Part shown: piece after piece, positions 45,620 to 59,090 of the stretch | Layout of the letters: each line of letters opens with the position of its first letter | Position numbering within the stretch: the first letter of the stretch is position 1 | Source of the DNA: Eledone cirrhosa | Taxonomy: Eukaryota | Assembly (NCBI GenBank): GCA_964016885.1 | Contig: OZ024740.1 | Location: forward strand, 38,812,001-38,876,000 | Direction of reading: 5' to 3' | Length of the DNA stretch: 64,000 nucleotides | Translations under genes and position numbers: made by a program | Notes under the pieces: model-generated | Seen by the model: the letters and a program-made list of their open reading frames with translations, nothing else | The model's database searches: none | What the model was told of the DNA's origin: nothing

Positions 45620-45812
45620 TAGTTGTTTCTACTTTTGGCACAAGGCCAGCAATTATCCCAGTGTATTATTGGTCCTTTATTTTATCGACCCTGTAAGGAT
45701 GAAAGGCAAAGTTAACCTCAGTGGGATTTGAACTCAGATCGTAAAGGTACGTAACTATGTTGCAAAGCATGGCGTCTGACCCTCTACCTATACTGCCAAT
45801 CTTCCGCCCTTC
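45620..45812 (-). mobile_element. Meta-domain-like tRNA SINE
   Basis: Reverse complement of the 22158-22350 family. Confidence 0.85.
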
Positions 45813-46104
45813 CATAATAACATATTGAGCCTTGGATCATCTTGTCATTTCATAATAAATGAGATCACTCTACTTATTAAACTTTGTTTAGTGTTTGTAA
45901 GTATTTAAGCCGAAACTAAGTACTTGCCATTTTGCCATTTCTGTTTACATTTTACTTCGTTAGTAAAATCATTAGTAAAAAAAATAGGGAACTACTTATC
46001 TTATGATGTTTTTTAATAAAATATTGTAATATTTATGTAAATATTATGTAAAAATTATGCAAATACACTATCATCATTTTGTATTCAATTTTCATAATTA
46101 ACAT

Positions 46105-46345
46105 TCTGTCATCAGAAGACAGGATGTAGGTGTAAAAGCCAACGTCGCTATCTTCAATTCAGTTTTCATGTCAACCCCTTACCTATGGTCATGAGTATTG
46201 GGTAATGACTGAATGAATACAATCGTGAATATATGTGGCTAAATGGGGTTCTTCCGAAGGGCCTTTGGAGTAACGTTACTCAATAGAGTGTGTAGCTAGG
46301 AGATCAGAGAGTCACTCCAGGTAGAGCCACAACTTCTCCAAATTA
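46105..46345 (+). mobile_element. Fragment of the Expander/Rex3-like LINE 3' coding region
   Basis: Matches ~56490-56715 (GTAACGTTACTCAATAGAGTGTGTAGCT..ATCAGAGAGTC). Confidence 0.7.
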
Positions 46346-46449
46346 AGAGATCACAGCTCTGATATTACAATTTTGCTGGGTGGCAAACACCAAAGATCTC
46401 AGATATTTTTCAGACTGTTGAAAAATCATTTTCCACTTTAGTCACAAAT

Positions 46450-46765
46450 ATTGACACAACAAAAAGCACACAGGTCATCCTCTAATGTGGTCATGCTGGT
46501 GACACAACAAAAAACACCCAGCCCTCCCTGTAAAGTGATTGTGTTGGTGACACAACAAAAAGTACCCAGTCTATCCTGTAAAGTGGTCATGTTGGTGACA
46601 CGACAAAAAGCACCCAGCCTTCCCAGTAAAGTGATTGGGCTGGTGACATGACAAAAAATACCTGTTTCATCCTGTACAGTGGTTGGGTTAGTGACACAAC
46701 AAAAAGTACCCAGCCGTCCTTGTGAAGTGATTGTACTGGTGGCTCAACAAAAAGTACCCAGCCCA
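46450..46765 (+). repeat. Degenerate 48-bp tandem repeat (~6.5 copies) related to the RTE 3' UTR sub-repeat
   Basis: GGTGACACAACAAAAAGCACCCAGCC..CCTGTAAAGTGG resembles RTE/SINE GGTGCCACGGCAAAAAAGCACCCAGCCCACACTGTAAAGTGG. Confidence 0.75.
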
Positions 46766-47419
46766 ACCTATCAGTTTATGTACTTTTCATGATATAAAGT
46801 TCCTTAACTCCTCAAGGTCTAAATAACTTGCAACAATGATTAACAGAATCAGTAGAGTGTCAGATAAAACGTCATACAGTATTTGTTTCAGCCCTCAACA
46901 TTCTGAGTTCAAATCCCACAAAGGTTGACTTTGCTTTTCATTGTTCCAAGATCAATAAAATAAAGCACCAGTCAAGCATTGGTGTTGATTTAATCGATTT
47001 TCTTTTCTCTCCAAATTGCTAGCCTTGTACATGTATTAGTTAAGAATATTATTTTGAGACTTAATTAATAAAAACACTTTCCATGAAAATTTTGCTTATT
47101 TTTATCGCAATGAGAGCTCCTCCTATAAGATCGTAGTTTATATTGTAATTGGAATGTATCAATCTGTTTATCTTTCTGTTTTGAGATGAAATGAATAATT
47201 AAATATAATTAATGAATCCTAATTATAGTGTTCTAAAGGATTATTGGCATACAGAGCTTTTAATATCGAAAATATTAATCTAAATTTATATGAGGCCTAA
47301 AAACAAACAATTTCAGGTGTTTGATTGGTTTAAATTTTAATCTGACATACGTGACCAAAGATGGACGTAGTGTTCAATTTCAGACAGATTCCACAATCCA
47401 GTTCATATGAATCATCCTG

Positions 47420-47650
47420 TGTCCCTTCACAGACTGAAAAGCTCCCTTTACAAAGTGAAAGGCTCCCTTCACAGAGTATAAAGTTCCCTTCACAAAGTGA
47501 AAGGCTCCCTTCTCAAAATGAAAAACTCCCTTAACCCTTTAGCATTTACATTACTCTATATTTACCTCACATAACTATCTCAGATAATATCAAATCTATG
47601 AGACTTTGATATTATTTATTTTGAGAACAATACCTTAACATCAGTATGAT
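47420..47650. repeat. Short 21-bp minisatellite (CCCTTCACAAAGTGAAAGGCT) followed by a partial piggyBac-like MITE from 47531
   Basis: About 5 copies, then TTAACCCTTTAGCATTTAC with no right TIR. Confidence 0.75.
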
Positions 47651-48753
47651 TTCAGGAACATATTACTTCTATGGCATGAGGGATTACAGCATTTCTTAAT
47701 GCATTAATCAGAACTTTCTTTTATGTTTTTGGTACAGCAAGAGGTTACAAGAGACTGCTTTGTTCATATAATTTCATATATCTTCAGATTTTGAAAATCC
47801 TCATCAATTAAGAGAATGTATTTTCTTATTTGAATTGTTTATTATTTTGTTGGTTGTTAAAGCTAAAAATGTTCTGTTTGTCAAGTGTTGTCACATGGCA
47901 TTTAGGGGCTTCTATCAGTCAAGTGAATGTCTTTTAGGGTTTTGGAAGACTCGTTGAATGTGATAAGGTATAAATTAACCTACATTAATTGACATTACTA
48001 GAATTGGTAGAGCATCGGACACCATGCTTCGTGGCATAGAGTTACGGCCCTTTATAGTTTGTGTTCAAATACCACCAAGGTTAGCTTTACCTTTTATCCT
48101 TACAGGGTCAATAAAATAAAGTACCAGTAATACACTGGGGTTGATGTAATCGACTTTTCTCTTCCCACCAAAACTGTTGGAATAGATGAGCAGTATCAGC
48201 TACGCATCGAACAAAAGGCTTTGAGGCATTTATTATGAATTTCTAGGTTCTGAATTCAATTTTCATTACAGCACTAGGGTGCTTAGTGTACATAGTCATG
48301 ATGGGGGAGGGGGTCATGATGGGGGAGGGGGTCATGATAGTGCCCAGTTTCTTTTGGTGGCCTAAAAGGAGGCATTTATGTACAGCTTGGGGTAAATGAT
48401 TGGGTGTGCAAGGGTTCAGCAGGGAAGGTAAATCAGACAAGGTCCCTCCTAGATTTCCATGCTAGCATGGGTTGGACAAAGAAGTCAGGAGTATATTGGC
48501 AGATGAGGACCTGAGAGTTGTTCCATCTGTCTGCTTCTTCATATTTAGAGTAAAGAAGGGGATCAGGGCATGCTAGCAGGGATTTCAGGTGTATACTGGA
48601 AGGTGGATAGGAAATGAGGTATGAGTGTTGTAACACCACTCTGCTTATTTGGGTTTAGGGTGGGGAGAGGTAGGTGGGTTAGTCATCCTGCTTCTGCTGT
48701 ATTCATTCCACTTGCATGGGAAGGTGAGTTCCTCATATTACAGAATAGCACCT

Positions 48754-49510
48754 TGTATCAAACTAATTTGATTGGTTCGTTACTGAATAACTGACCTCTG
48801 TATCAAACTACTTTGATTGGTTCGTTACTGAATAACTGACCTCTGTATCAAACTAATTTGATTGGTTCGTTACTGAATAACTGACCTCTGTATCAAACTA
48901 ATTTGATTGGTTCATTACTGAATAACCTGACCACTGTATCAAACTAATTTGATTGGTTCGTTACTGAATAACTGACCTCTGTATCAAACTAATTTGATTG
49001 GTTCGTTACTGAATAACTGACCTCTGTATCAAACTAATTTGATTGGTTCATTACTGAATAACCTGACCACTGTATCAAACTAATTTGATTGGTTCGTTAC
49101 TGAATAACTGACCTCTGTATCAAACTAATTTGATTGGTTCGTTACTGAATAACTGACCTCTGTATCAAACTACTTTGATTGGTTCGTTACTGAATAACTG
49201 ACCTCTGTATCAAACTAATTTGATTGGTTCGTTACTGAATAACTGACCTCTGTATCAAACTACTTTGATTGGTTCGTTACTGAATAACTGACCTCTGTGT
49301 CAAACTAATTTGATTGGTTCGTTACTGAATAACCTGACCACTGTATCAAACTAATTTGATTGGTTCGTTACTGAATAACCTGACCACTGTATCAAACTAA
49401 TTTGATTGGTTCGTTACTGAATAACTGACCTCTGTATCAAACTAATTTGATTGGTTCGTTACTGAATAACTGACCTCTGTGTCAAACTAATTTGATTGGT
49501 TCATTACTCA
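48754..49510. repeat. 45-bp minisatellite, ~17 copies
   Basis: TGTATCAAACTAATTTGATTGGTTCGTTACTGAATAACTGACCTC. Confidence 0.96.
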
Positions 49511-49595
49511 ATAAACATGCACTGAAACCAGAAGCTGCACTCTGTAAAATATGGGATTTGTTCTCCTTGAACTGCATATTAAACAAAGACAATAA

Positions 49596-49857
49596 TGTGT
49601 GTGTGTGAATGTGTGCGACTGTGTGTGTGTGTGTGTATGAGTGAGTGAGTGAGTGAGTGAGTGAGTGAGTGAGTGAGTGAGTGAGTGAGTGAGTGAGTGA
49701 GTGAGTGAGTGTGTGTGTGTGTGATTGTGCGTGTGTGTGTGTGTGTGTGTTTGAATGAGTGTGTGTGTGGCTGTGTGTGAGTGTGTGCATGTGTGAGTGT
49801 GAGTGCATCTGTGTGTGTGTGCGTGCGTGCGTGTGTGTGCGTGCGTGCGTGTGTGTG
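49596..49857. repeat. (GT)n/(GAGT)n/(GCGT)n microsatellite
   Basis: Directly visible. Confidence 0.92.
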
Positions 49858-49929
49858 TTTTCCCACAAAGATATCAGTAATTAAGTGAAATAAAATAACT
49901 GCAACTGAGAAATTAAAGTGAGCAAATAG

Positions 49930-50190
49930 GTGACCCTGTCTTGCTCATACAGGGCCTGATTCTGGCTTGATTTCTACAGCTGGATGCCCTTCCTAACACC
50001 AACCTCATTTACAGTGAGTGCTGGGTGCTTTTTTGCCGTGGCACCTCCACGACCACTTTGCAGTGGAATGATAGGGACCCCAGTCCTATCATCTCATTTC
50101 TACAGCTGAGTAAACTGGAGCAATGTGAAATAAACTATCTTGCTCAAGGAAACAACACATCATTCGGTCTGAGAATTGAACTCACAACCT
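49930..50190 (-). mobile_element. tRNA-CORE SINE (RTE tail), head truncated
   Basis: Reverse complement of the 50602-50934 family. Confidence 0.87.
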
Positions 50191-50203
50191 TATATATATA
50201 TAT

Positions 50204-50403
50204 ATAGGAAAAAGTATGACCCCGACGGCAGAGCTCAAGCCGTTTCGACGGCTATTTCTGGACTCATAGAAATAGCCATCGAAACGGCTTGAGCTCTGCC
50301 GTCGAGGTCATACTTTTTCCTATTACCCACTCTACTACCCTAAGTATTGAGTACTCTGGTGCGTTATGGTCCATCTGGTTCCTTACCACATTTCCTTCGT
50401 TAT
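50204..50403. mobile_element. Fold-back element with a partial hammerhead (stem II, GAAA, stem III, GUC); probable PLE terminal-repeat remnant, family C
   Basis: 56-bp arms at 50204-50259 and 50268-50323 (2 mismatches, 8-nt loop). GAAA-CGGC-ttgagctct-GCCG-TC at 50281-50303. (TA)n on the left, (GA)n on the right. Confidence 0.68.
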
Positions 50404-50551
<148 letters not shown>

Positions 50552-50601
50552 GAGAGAGAGAAAGAGAGAGAAAGAGAAAGAGAGAGAGAAAGAGAAAGAG
50601 A

Positions 50602-50934
50602 GAGGCACAGGGCTTAGTGGTTAGAGCATTGGCCTTGCAATCGAAAGGTTGTGAGTTCAATTCTCAGACCGGGTGATGTGTTGTGTCCTTGAGCAAGATA
50701 CTTTATTTCACATTGCTCCAGTTTACTCAGCTGTAGAAATGAGATGATAGAGACTGGGGTCCCTATCATTCCACTGCAAAGTGGTCGTGGAGGTGCTACG
50801 GCAAAAAAGCACCCAGCACTCACTGTAAATAAGGTTGGTGTTAGGAAGGGCATCCAGCTGTAGAAATCAAGCTAGAATCAGTTCCTGTTCCACCCTTGCA
50901 AGCAGAGAAAAGCGGACGTAAAATGATGATGATG
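50602..50934 (+). mobile_element. Full-length tRNA-CORE SINE with RTE tail
   Basis: A/B boxes; CORE-like GTCCTTGAGCAAGATACTTTA..CCAGTTTACTCAGCTGTAGAAATGAG; (GAT)n tail. Confidence 0.9.
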
Positions 50935-50945
50935 AGAGAGAGAGA

Positions 50946-51153
50946 GAAGCATGTGGCTGAGTGGTTAGAGAATTGGATTCTCAATCATGAGGTTGTGAGT
51001 TCGATTCCCGGACCGGGCAATGTGTTATGTCCTTGAGCAAGACACTTTATTTTCACGTTGTTCCTTCTACCTGGAGTTGCGACTGATAGATAGTATTAGC
51101 AACTGAAAAGACCAATGGAAACATTGTTTCCTTGGTCCAATTTGACGAAAGTC
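50946..51153 (+). mobile_element. tRNA-CORE SINE, second tail type
   Basis: TGGCTGAGTGG, GAGTTCGATTCC and a CORE start, then a different tail. Confidence 0.8.
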
Positions 51154-51989
51154 GATATATATATATGATCATTTTGGTACCACAACAAAAAGTGCCCAGC
51201 CCACACTATAAAGTTGGTGTCATAACAAAAAGTGCTCAGTGCACACTGTATATGTGGTTGGTGTTAGGAAAGGCATCTAGCCATAGAAACCAAGCCAAAC
51301 TCAGTTCTGTATGAGCAAGACATGGTCACCTGAGCTGGCTTGTCTCACAATGGGGCAACTCATCTAACCCACGCTAGCATGGAAAATAGACATTGAACGG
51401 TAATGATGATATACATACACACACATATCACTTTTGTTGCTATCTGCTGTAACAAGCTGTGTGAAAGCTATCATTAATTTATATTAACATGTGTAATTGA
51501 CAGTCACTAGGTTACAATTGACTGCATTAAATAGCCTGTACATGTTTAGTGAAGCATGAAAACATTCAGTGGTGAGAATTGAATTTATTTGTTCTTGTGA
51601 GAATATTATATATTTGTAATGAAACTACTAATGAGATAAAATCTCCTATCAGATCGACCTCTTGACTATCAGTAAATACATCATAAGTTCATTTAGTACT
51701 ATCGGTATTTAATGATGTCTTAGTATGACATTTAGTACTATTGTACTTAGTGATGTCTTGCTAAGACATTTTGTACTATTGGTACTAGCAGAAAAACCAC
51801 TCTTCAATTGGTTTTCTGCTAGCATGTGATGTGTACATATTAATTTTATATGAAATATATATGCATGTAGATATGATACATCAAATAAAATTGTAATTGA
51901 CAATATACACAGAAATTGAAGAGAGACTGTGTTACACTGTCTTCTGTAATCAGTAATGTAATCCATGATACATTTAAAATAGACGATAG

Positions 51990-52675
51990 TATATATAATA
52001 TAAAAGAAAGATGTTTATTGGTTGGTTGGTTGGTTGGTTGGTTGGTTGAATCACACAAAAACTACACACACACACACAAAATATATACACACACATCTAA
52101 AGTGAGAGAGACACAAAGGGAGAGGGAGAAAGAGAGAGAGAGGTCGTTATACAGAGAGAGATACAATTAAATTGTTAGATATTCAGAGAGAGAGAGAGTA
52201 ACACCCCACAAAAGTATCAGTTGAGGGCTCAACAACATTGCATTAGCTTTTATAAATTCGTTTTACAGTCTTTGATTTTACAGAACAAAGAAAAACTGAT
52301 ACTATTTGAAATTAATCTACCTTTTATCCATATACTACTTACAGACCGTACTAACAAAGCTAAACACTTCAGAAGCAATGTTATATAGTATATTGCTATG
52401 TTTCAGATGACGCCTTTGGAGCTGAAAAGATCACATTGACTATGGTTATTTCACTTTTAAAATCCAAGACCAATGCTACCATTTAATCGGCAGTTTACTC
52501 CCCCAGCCTAATAAGGAAGTTTTATGAATGTTTTTTTTTTTTGTCTCCCCCTCTCTCTCTCACACACATTATGAGGTGTCACCTCATACCAGACAACACA
52601 TCCAATACAGTCGTTTTCTCTTTTATACGTTTTCTCTTAACTGTTCTCCCGGGCAAAGCCAAGTACCTCAGCTAG
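51990..52675 (+). mobile_element. Second, more deleted copy of the non-autonomous Helitron
   Basis: Same 5' end as 36437; FQMT..FKIQDQCYHLIGSLLP remnant; 3' CCCGGGCAAAGCCAAGTACCTCAGCTAG followed by T. Confidence 0.83.
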
Positions 52676-53130
52676 TTATATATAAACTGCATTATGGTGA
52701 AATTTAATGAAAACGAAAAAGGAGAAAATTAGCAATGGAAATATAAACGTTATGATATACCGATGCAAATATATGAACGTTTATATAAGCGATATAATAT
52801 AGCGTATGTTATATCATAACCGGAAGTATTGACATTTGAAAATTTCAAAAGAAGTGAATCTTAAAATAAGCAATCATTATATATAAGAATCCATCCTTAC
52901 GGGGTCGATAAAATAAAGTACCAGTAATGCACTGGGTAATTGCTGGCCTTGTGCCTAAAATAGAAACAATTATATATAAGATTATTTATGTTTAATCAAG
53001 AGCTACGAAATTTAGTAGATAAATTGCAAAATATTTCTTCATGATTTATTCAAAGTAATCCAACTTATTTTAATAATGTTCAGAAAAAAATATCCCTGAC
53101 AGTCTCACAGTCCTCTAGTCATTATATATA

Positions 53131-53626
53131 TCATTTAGTGATGTCTTAGTAAGATATTTAGTACTATTGGTATTTAGTGATGTCTTAGTAAGATATTTAG
53201 TAGTATTGGTATTTAGTGATGTCTTGGTAAGTTATTTAGTACTATTGGTATTTAGTGATGTCTTAGTAAGATATTTAGTACTATTGGTATTTAGTGATGT
53301 CTTAGTAAGATATTTAGTAGTATTGGTATTTAGTGATGTCTTGGTAAGTTATTTAGTACTATTGGTATTTAGTGATGTCTTAGTAAGATATTTAGTACTA
53401 TTGGTATTTAGTGATGTCTTAGTAAGTTATTTAGTACTATTGGTATTTAGTGATGTCTTAATAAGTTATTTAGTACTATTGGTATTTAGTGATGTCTTAG
53501 TAAGTTATTTAGTACTATTGGTATTTAGTGATGTCTTAGTAAGTTATTTAGTACTATTGGTATTTAGTGATGTCTTAGTAAGTTTAGTACTATTGGTATT
53601 TAGTGATGTCTTAGTAAGTTATTTAG
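53131..53626. repeat. 39-bp minisatellite, ~12.5 copies (older diverged copies at 51690-51788)
   Basis: TATTTAGTGATGTCTTAGTAAGWTATTTAGTACTATTGG. Confidence 0.95.
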
Positions 53627-56600
53627 TGTTCTCGCCAAAGCTGTTCTGCTAGAAAACGGGTCGCAGGTGGCAGATAGCGATATGGCCACAAAATATGATG
53701 GTTAGTGGTGATATAACCAGGCTCCTGCCAGACAAATAAGCAACCCCAGACCAAGAGTAGTAAACTATTATGGGAGATGGAGCAATGGGTGACACCTGTA
53801 GCTTACAAGAAAACTCTCACAACCCAGTGATGTAGCTATGATGAGGCGAGTAAAAAAGAAACCACTAGTCTTCAGAGGTTTGAGAAAGTACCAGATTGGT
53901 GACCAGCCTAAATAAGACCACTAAAATTGCAATATGTTGGAAGGAAAGAAAAAGAACCATACCGCATCATCCTTTGTGTGGGTTAACAAGGGATGTGTTC
54001 AGGACTTAGGTAGAGGGGCTTGTTTGAAAAATCTATTGCAGTCTTCATTTCGTGCCACAACAACTAGCGATGGGCCTGCAATCTGTCCTGTGAGCCGTGG
54101 GATAGATGCACAAATATTGCACATCCTGAGACTCCAAAGAGGGTTTGGAAGGGAGCAAACCTTTATTAGAACCTGGAACATCACAACCCTTACAGGTAAG
54201 GAGCAGGAATTAGTGGAGGAGGCTAGATTCTACCAGTTAGATATAGTCAGGGTTTCCTCAACAAAGTTCCATAGCTCTAATACTGTAGATTTGGATGGAG
54301 GATAGAAACTTCACTATTTAGGTGTGATACCAGAAATAACTGCACATGTGGAAGTGGGGGTACTCACAAGCCTCCGGCTGTCAGAATGTGTTATGGACTG
54401 GATACCATAAGGGGGAGGATTTGCCTCTTGAAGCTTAGGCTGAAAGATAGGTCTCTGTGGGTGGTGCAAGTTTATGCACCAAACAAGGAGTCTGAATACA
54501 GCTCCTTCTTTGATGAAGTCACTGCAGTGATAGATGTAAAGACTGAGTCATATATCTTAATGGAAGACTTCAATGCACATATTGGCACAGACCACCTGAC
54601 ATGGAAAGGAGTGATTCAAAGGAATGGTGACCCTGATCTAAATACAAATGGAGAGGCATTATTAGACTTTTGTTGTGGCAAGACTCTTTATTATGAACAT
54701 AGAGAGAGCCATAAATACACATGGTATAAGGGTATTCATGGACAGAGATCAATAATTGATTTTGTTATTGTCTTTGATCTCTTTGATTCTGTGCTGGATG
54801 TTTGTGTTAAGAGAGGGACTGAGCTGTCAACTGATTACCATCTAGTTATCTGCAACTTGAGACAACATAAAGTCAAATAAGCCCACAAAACTGGTAGGTT
54901 CAGGTTGATCTACAGGATAAAGTGGGAAGTGTTGGTAGATAAGGAAGTCAGGACAGGTATGCAGATACTATTGCATCCAAATTCAGGGAACTCCCTTAGA
55001 AAACCGAAAACCTTGAGACTAAGTGGAGATTGTTCAGCTCAGCAGTTTCTGCTTCAGCTGTTAAATACTGCAGGTGAAAGAGGCTGGGTGTGGTGCCGGC
55101 TGGCAGGAGAACCCCTTGGTTCAATCCATGGGTCAAAGATGCCATCTGAGGAAAGAAGGAGGCCTACAAAGCTTTGCTTGGAAATAAGTCCTCCTTTTTG
55201 TACTTGTGGTACGAACAGGCACAACAACTTGCAACAGAGACAGAAAAGGCATTCAAAGTTAAGACACGGAGGAATTAAGCTGGAATCCAACTTCAGATCA
55301 GCAAATAAAGTGTTCTGGCAGACCATCTGCTGACATTGTGGTAAGAAGTCCTCCTCCACACATGCTATTAGGAATGCATTTGGGGTTCTCTCTTCAGAGT
55401 GGTGCATCCTCGCGAGGTGGAGAGAATACTTTGCTTATTTCCTAAACTCAATCACAACAGTATCTTCTGATGCACACAACGTGCATCTGAGAGCAGGGAC
55501 TAATCTATCAAAGGCTGAGGTTACAAGAGTAGTTAAAGAGCTGAAATGTGGCATGGACACTGGGGAGGATGAAATTCAGCCCAAGATATTAAAAGCCTTA
55601 TATAGAGAGGTATTCTGTGACTGATTCATGTGTGCTGGGTGGTCTGGATCTCTGGAAAGGCACCTAAGCAATGGCAGTCGGGAGTGATAATCCCAATTTT
55701 CAAAAAGGGAGACAAGTGAGATTGCTCCAATTATAGAGAGATCTCCTTGTTCAGCCTTCCTGCTAAAGTATAGGCTAAGTGTTTGGCAAAGAGATGTAGG
55801 GAGATTGTCGAGTCCAAGCTAGCTGATGAAAAGTATGGTTTTCGCCCTGGATGCAGCACAGCTGACCAAGTATTCACATTGCAGTATCTTTGATAAATCA
55901 TGGGAGTACTGTCAAAAGGAGTATTCTTGCTTTGTAGACTTTGAAAAGGCATATGAGTGTATTCCATGGGATCTTCTGTGGAAGGTTGTGCAGGAGTATT
56001 GGATCGATGGTCAGCTTCTTGTTGCCCTGATGTTTCTATACAAATGCCTAAGTATTTGTATTTGGATAAATGGTGCTAAATCAAAACCATTCAATGTGGG
56101 AGTTGGACTCTGCCAAGGAGTGCATACTGAAACCTCTCCTGTTCATTATTTACATGAACAGGATTGACATGTGCAGCCAGGTTGGAAGTGGTATCATGAC
56201 TGGCAAGTGTAGAATCAGTCAGCTGGAATTTGCAGATGACATGATGTTACTTAACTTGACAGAACGTGATCTCCGACTTTCACTTGATAGGTTTGATGCT
56301 GCATATCTAGAATGAAAATCAATGCTGCAAAAACTGAGATACTCATTCTCTTAAGGAAGCCTGCACAGTGCACACTACATGTGAATGGAGTTCCACTGAA
56401 GCAGGTGGAGAAGTTCAAGTATCACGGGGCTGTGTTTACAAGTGATGGAAGGCAGGAGGCTGAATTAAGTGCAAGTATTCCAGGAACTCGTAATCAGAAG
56501 AAGGGCAGTAGGTGTAAAAGCCAAACTTGCTGTCTTCAATTCGGTATTCACACCAACCCTTACCTATCTTGTGTAATGACCGAAAGAATATGATTGCAAA

Positions 56601-56957
56601 TACAAACACCCAAATTTGATCCCTCCAAAGGGTCTTTTGAGTAACATTACTCAATAGAGTGTGTAGCTCAGATATCAGAGAGTCGCTATAGGAAGAGCTG
56701 TCACTTCTCTGAATTAGGCATGCGGTTAGAATGTCTCAGGAAAGAATTGCTGAACAGATCTTACATGCAAAACCAACTGGCACGAAACCCAGTGCAAGAT
56801 GATTGGATAACATCCATGAACTTAGCTGGTCTAACTTGGGGATCTAGCCAGATTGGTTGGAGATGGTTACTTCTCACAGGGCTTGCTGGAAGTATTTGAG
56901 GACTCTGCCACCACGACCTTCTCAGGAATAAGTGGGCAAAAAAGAAGAAAAAGAAGG
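53627..56957 (+). mobile_element. Apparently full-length but heavily decayed RTE-clade LINE of Expander/Rex3 type
   Basis: Broken ORFs with TWNITTLTGKEQELVEE, QVYAPN, EDFNAHIG, RSIIDFV, STDYHLV, FVDFEKAY, FADDMML and VEKFKY; (AAG)n-like tail; candidate TSD TATTTAG at 53620-53626 and 56958-56964. Confidence 0.88.
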
Positions 56958-56967
56958 TATTTAGCAC

Positions 56968-57730
56968 TATAATTAACTAACACAATATTATAGGTTATCT
57001 ATAATTAACTAACACAATATTATAGGTTATCTATGATTAACTAACACATTATTACAGGTTATCTGTAATTAACTAACACACTATTACAGGTTATCTATAA
57101 CTAATTAACATTATTACAGGTTATCGGGGAATTGGCAGTATCAGTACAAGGTCGGACGCCATGCTTTGCAGCATAGAGTTACGTCTCTTTACGGTCTGAG
57201 TTCAAATCCCGCCAAGGTACACTTTGCCTTTCATCCTTACGAGGTCGATAAAATAAAGTACCAGTAATGTACTGGGTAATTTCTGGCCTTGTGTCAAAAG
57301 TAGAAACAATTAGTACAGGTTATCTATAACTAACTAATATATTATTACAGGTTATCTGTAACTCACTAACACATTATTACAGGTTATTTATAACTAACTA
57401 ATATATTATTACAGGTTATTTATAACTAACTAATATATTATTACAGGTTATCTATAACTAATATATTATTACAGGTTATCTATAACTAACAAACACACTA
57501 TTACAGGTTATCTGTAATTAACTCACACACTGTCACAGATTATCTATAACTAACTAACACATTATTACAGGTTATCTATAAGTAACTAATACACTATTAC
57601 ATGTGAACTATAACTAACACATTATTATAGGTTATCTGTAATTAACTAACACATTATTACAGGTTATCTGTAATTAACTAACACACTATTACAGGTTATC
57701 TGTAATTAACTAACACACTATTATAGGTGA
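56968..57730. repeat. Degenerate ~32-bp minisatellite interrupted by a Meta-like SINE (57126-57311)
   Basis: AATTAACTAACACATTATTACAGGTTATCTGT-like units. Confidence 0.88.
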
Positions 57731-57877
57731 TAATTTTATTCCATCTGTTTAAAGCAAGAATAAAACTAATGGAGATACTTTCTCAAAATGTTTTTATGTA
57801 ATGTGATAGGTACAAGTGTGGACAAAGAGTTAAGTTAGATTTACTATCATGAAATAAAAAAAAATTTAAAACATTAC

Positions 57878-58103
57878 TCACAGTCCACGCTGTAATGTGG
57901 CCGTGTAGGTAACACGGTAAAAAGTTCCCAGTTCCACACTGTAAATGTGGTTGGTGTTAGGAAGGGCATCCAGCCGAAGAAAGCCTGCCAGATAGTCCTA
58001 TACGAGCGAGACACGGTCATCCGACCAACCTTGCCTCAAGTGGCACAACTCCCGTCTAACTCATGCTAGCGTGGAAGATGGACATTAAACGATGATGATG
58101 ATG
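57878..58103 (+). mobile_element. RTE LINE 3' UTR fragment
   Basis: Matches 45205-45430; (GAT)n tail. Confidence 0.85.
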
Positions 58104-58920
58104 AAGTCTCGCACATGATCACAAGAATTTTCTACTATAGCTTTTACTCAACATAAATTTTGTGAGGGAAATTGGGAATGTGGAAATTGTTTGGGAGCTC
58201 CTCAGAAGGATTGTACATGTACTTCAAAGGTGGAGCCTCATGTCAGTGAATTTATCTGAAGATTACTTTATGATATGTCTGTGAAATAATCAATCCTTTA
58301 CACTATAATGCAACTGGAACAGTGACTTTTAGTACTTCTGGTTTTCTAAAAAGCCAGATCAACTAGAATTTGGTCTTCAAATAGTCTTTAGCCTTTGATA
58401 GATATGTTGTTACCTTTGATATCAGCAACACCATTGTGTTTAGATTAAGAAACTTCCTTTATCTATCTTTTACCTTTTGAATCAGAAGCTTTCTTTCAAA
58501 CTGCCCCATTGAAGTGAATGTTCACTTTCCTGCCCACATTTTATCAACTTTATTACACATTAAATCTCAAGATCATTGCATTTCCTCTCAATACCATCAT
58601 CATCATCATTCTCGTTTTAACTTCTGCTTTCCCTGCTAGCAAGGATTGAGAAGGTCTACAAAGATCAAGTCAGTATTTAAGTGGAGCCACTGATCTCCCA
58701 GGCAAACCAGGGGTGTGTGTCGTACAGTCACGGCACCACCTAGTGCTCAGGAGAGGTTGTCATGTCTTTGACACAACTGAGTACCGAATTTAGAGATTCC
58801 TCAATGCAATATGAAATTATACGGTCTCAGTTCAAATCCTGCCAAGGTTTTCTGGACCTATGTGGACTGAGGTCACTTATATGGTGTGTAGTCTATGGCA
58901 TTTTCTGCATTCTCTGTTAG

Positions 58921-59090
58921 TGAAGGCGCATGGCTTAGTGGTTAGAGCATTGGGCTTGCAATCGAAAGGTTGTGAGTTCAATTCTCGGACTGGGTGATGT
59001 GTTGTTTCCTTGAGCAAGACACTTTATTTCACGTTGCTCCAGTTTACTCAGCTGTAGAAATGAGATGATAGGCCTGGGGTCCCTATCATT
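58921..59090 (+). mobile_element. 3'-truncated tRNA-CORE SINE
   Basis: Head and CORE as at 50602. Confidence 0.86.

Noticed and set aside
53167-53652. 161-aa hydrophobic repeat ORF and the 27822-28181 MGLPRG repeat ORF
   Set aside because: Translations of 39-bp and 21-bp minisatellites.
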